Positions 62,780 to 64,000 of a stretch of DNA of 64,000 bases are shown one piece after another. Source of the stretch: an uncultured cyanobacterium (GTDB taxonomy: Bacteria; Cyanobacteriota; Cyanobacteriia; Cyanobacteriales; Nostocaceae); the NCBI GenBank assembly GCA_963740315.1, contig CAVUDP010000001.1, positions 1,024,001 through 1,088,000 on the forward strand, in the 5' to 3' direction. Under the pieces are notes generated by a model that was not told the DNA's origin, did not search any database, and saw nothing but the letters and a program-made list of their open reading frames with translations. Each line of letters opens with the position of its first letter. The first letter of the stretch is position 1. The position numbers were made by a program, and so were the translations under genes.

Positions 62780-64000
62780 TTATTTAATACAAGTTTCAAT
62801 TAACTCTTCAACACTAGCTACCGGAAAAATTTTAACTTTTAAACTATTAGAAACATCCTCCACCGTTTTATCGTCCAAAAATATTAATTCTCCATGCTTT
62901 AACATTACACTCGGCAGTAAAATCCCCTCTCCTAAATCTTCCTCCTGCAATTTCAAAAGTAAATCGTGAGCAGTTAACAAACCAGTAACGCTAATATCTT
63001 GTCCCCAATAATCGCTAGATAAAGCACGCAGATTAACTTCTAAACCATCAACAGCATTTAACTGTTTGACAAGAGGTTGAAAAGCTTGCTCGACGGCATT
63101 TCCTACAACCCAAGTTAACTTGCGGGGTTCAACTTTAACAGGTAATAATTCCCCTGCTGTTTGCATAAACTGCTTGATAAACAAACGAATCGAACCAACA
63201 CCATTATCAATTTGGGGATAATCCTCGTATTCCGCTTCACTTGGTAATTCCTCACCCGCAATTAAAAACCATTCATCAGCTAACCAAACGCAATTTGAGC
63301 CGTGTTTTTGTTTTAATTCTTGCTGCAACTTCCGCACTTGAGAAATTACTTCTCGTGCTTTTTCTCGCGTCACGGGTGTGAGTTCATCTTCTTTTGGACG
63401 AAACCGCGTCAAACCTACTGGTACAACCGCCGCAGAAGCGACAGCAGGTAATTCGCCAGTATGAAAAGACGCTAAATCGCGTAGAGTTTGTTCCAAGTGT
63501 AAGCCATCATTGATACCGGGGCAAACAACTACTTGTGCGTGAATTTGCAGTCGTCTTTCCTGAAACCACTCGATCTGCTGTAGTATTTCTCCCGCACGTT
63601 GATTTTTCAATAGTCTAATTCTTACATCGGCTTCCGTTGCATGAACGGACACATACAGCGGCGACAAACGCATCTGTTCAATTCTGTCCCATTCCCGTTG
63701 CGGTAAATTGGTTAAAGTCAGGTAAGAACCATACAGAAAACTGAGGCGATAATCGTCATCTTTAAAGTACAAACTAGAGCGTTTACCCGGCGGTTGTTGG
63801 TCAATAAAACAGAAAGGACAGCGGTTATTACACTGAATCAAACCATCAAAAAGCGCCGTTTCAAACTCTAAACCCAAATCATCATCATAATCTTTTTCAA
63901 TTTCAATTTCATGAGTTTTTCCCTTACAATCTAAAACTTCTAATTCTAAAACTTCATCAGCACATAAAAACTGATAATCAATCAAATCGCGGGGACGCAT
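62780..64000 (-). CDS. TIGR03279-type Fe-S/radical SAM protein (DUF512), 5' end outside the window
   Basis: CNNRCPFC, FIDQQPPG.R.SLYFKDDDYRLSFL and YPQIDNGVG. Confidence 0.9.
   Translation of the reverse strand: MRPRDLIDYQFLCADEVLELEVLDCKGKTHEIEIEKDYDDDLGLEFETALFDGLIQCNNRCPFCFIDQQPPGKRSSLYFKDDDYRLSFLYGSYLTLTNLPQREWDRIEQMRLSPLYVSVHATEADVRIRLLKNQRAGEILQQIEWFQERRLQIHAQVVVCPGINDGLHLEQTLRDLASFHTGELPAVASAAVVPVGLTRFRPKEDELTPVTREKAREVISQVRKLQQELKQKHGSNCVWLADEWFLIAGEELPSEAEYEDYPQIDNGVGSIRLFIKQFMQTAGELLPVKVEPRKLTWVVGNAVEQAFQPLVKQLNAVDGLEVNLRALSSDYWGQDISVTGLLTAHDLLLKLQEEDLGEGILLPSVMLKHGELIFLDDKTVEDVSNSLKVKIFPVASVEELIETCIK

Overview
AT-rich chromosomal window from a cyanobacterium. psaA-psaB, abundant HIP1 octamers (GCGATCGC) and heptamer STRR tracts point to a filamentous, probably heterocystous Nostocales strain; that placement is inference. 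Core genes include psaAB, dnaK, ppx, plqA/ubiA, dusB, an Omp85/BamA protein, an LD-carboxypeptidase and a TIGR03279-type radical SAM protein. Intergenic DNA is dense with GTAG/GTGG-type REP-like palindromes and MITE-like elements. The most interesting accessory features are: (1) a RAYT (REP-associated Y1 transposase) gene and a divergent pentapeptide-repeat gene bracketed by exact 26-bp inverted REPs, with the same REP in the same orientation in front of a second pentapeptide gene 23 kb away; (2) a TerY-P-type triad (vWA, PP2C, kinase) whose phosphatase has a single in-frame TGA and whose kinase has OB-fold/SH3-like/TM extensions; (3) a doubly inactivated Rpn/DUF2887 gene that retains two RBS-bearing RpnS-like C-terminal cassettes; (4) tandem Crp/Fnr paralogues, each followed by an identical GTA-N8-TAC palindrome; (5) two spacer-less REP-associated tandem arrays (7 x 40 bp and 6 x 38 bp). 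I found no CRISPR array, tRNA or rRNA.
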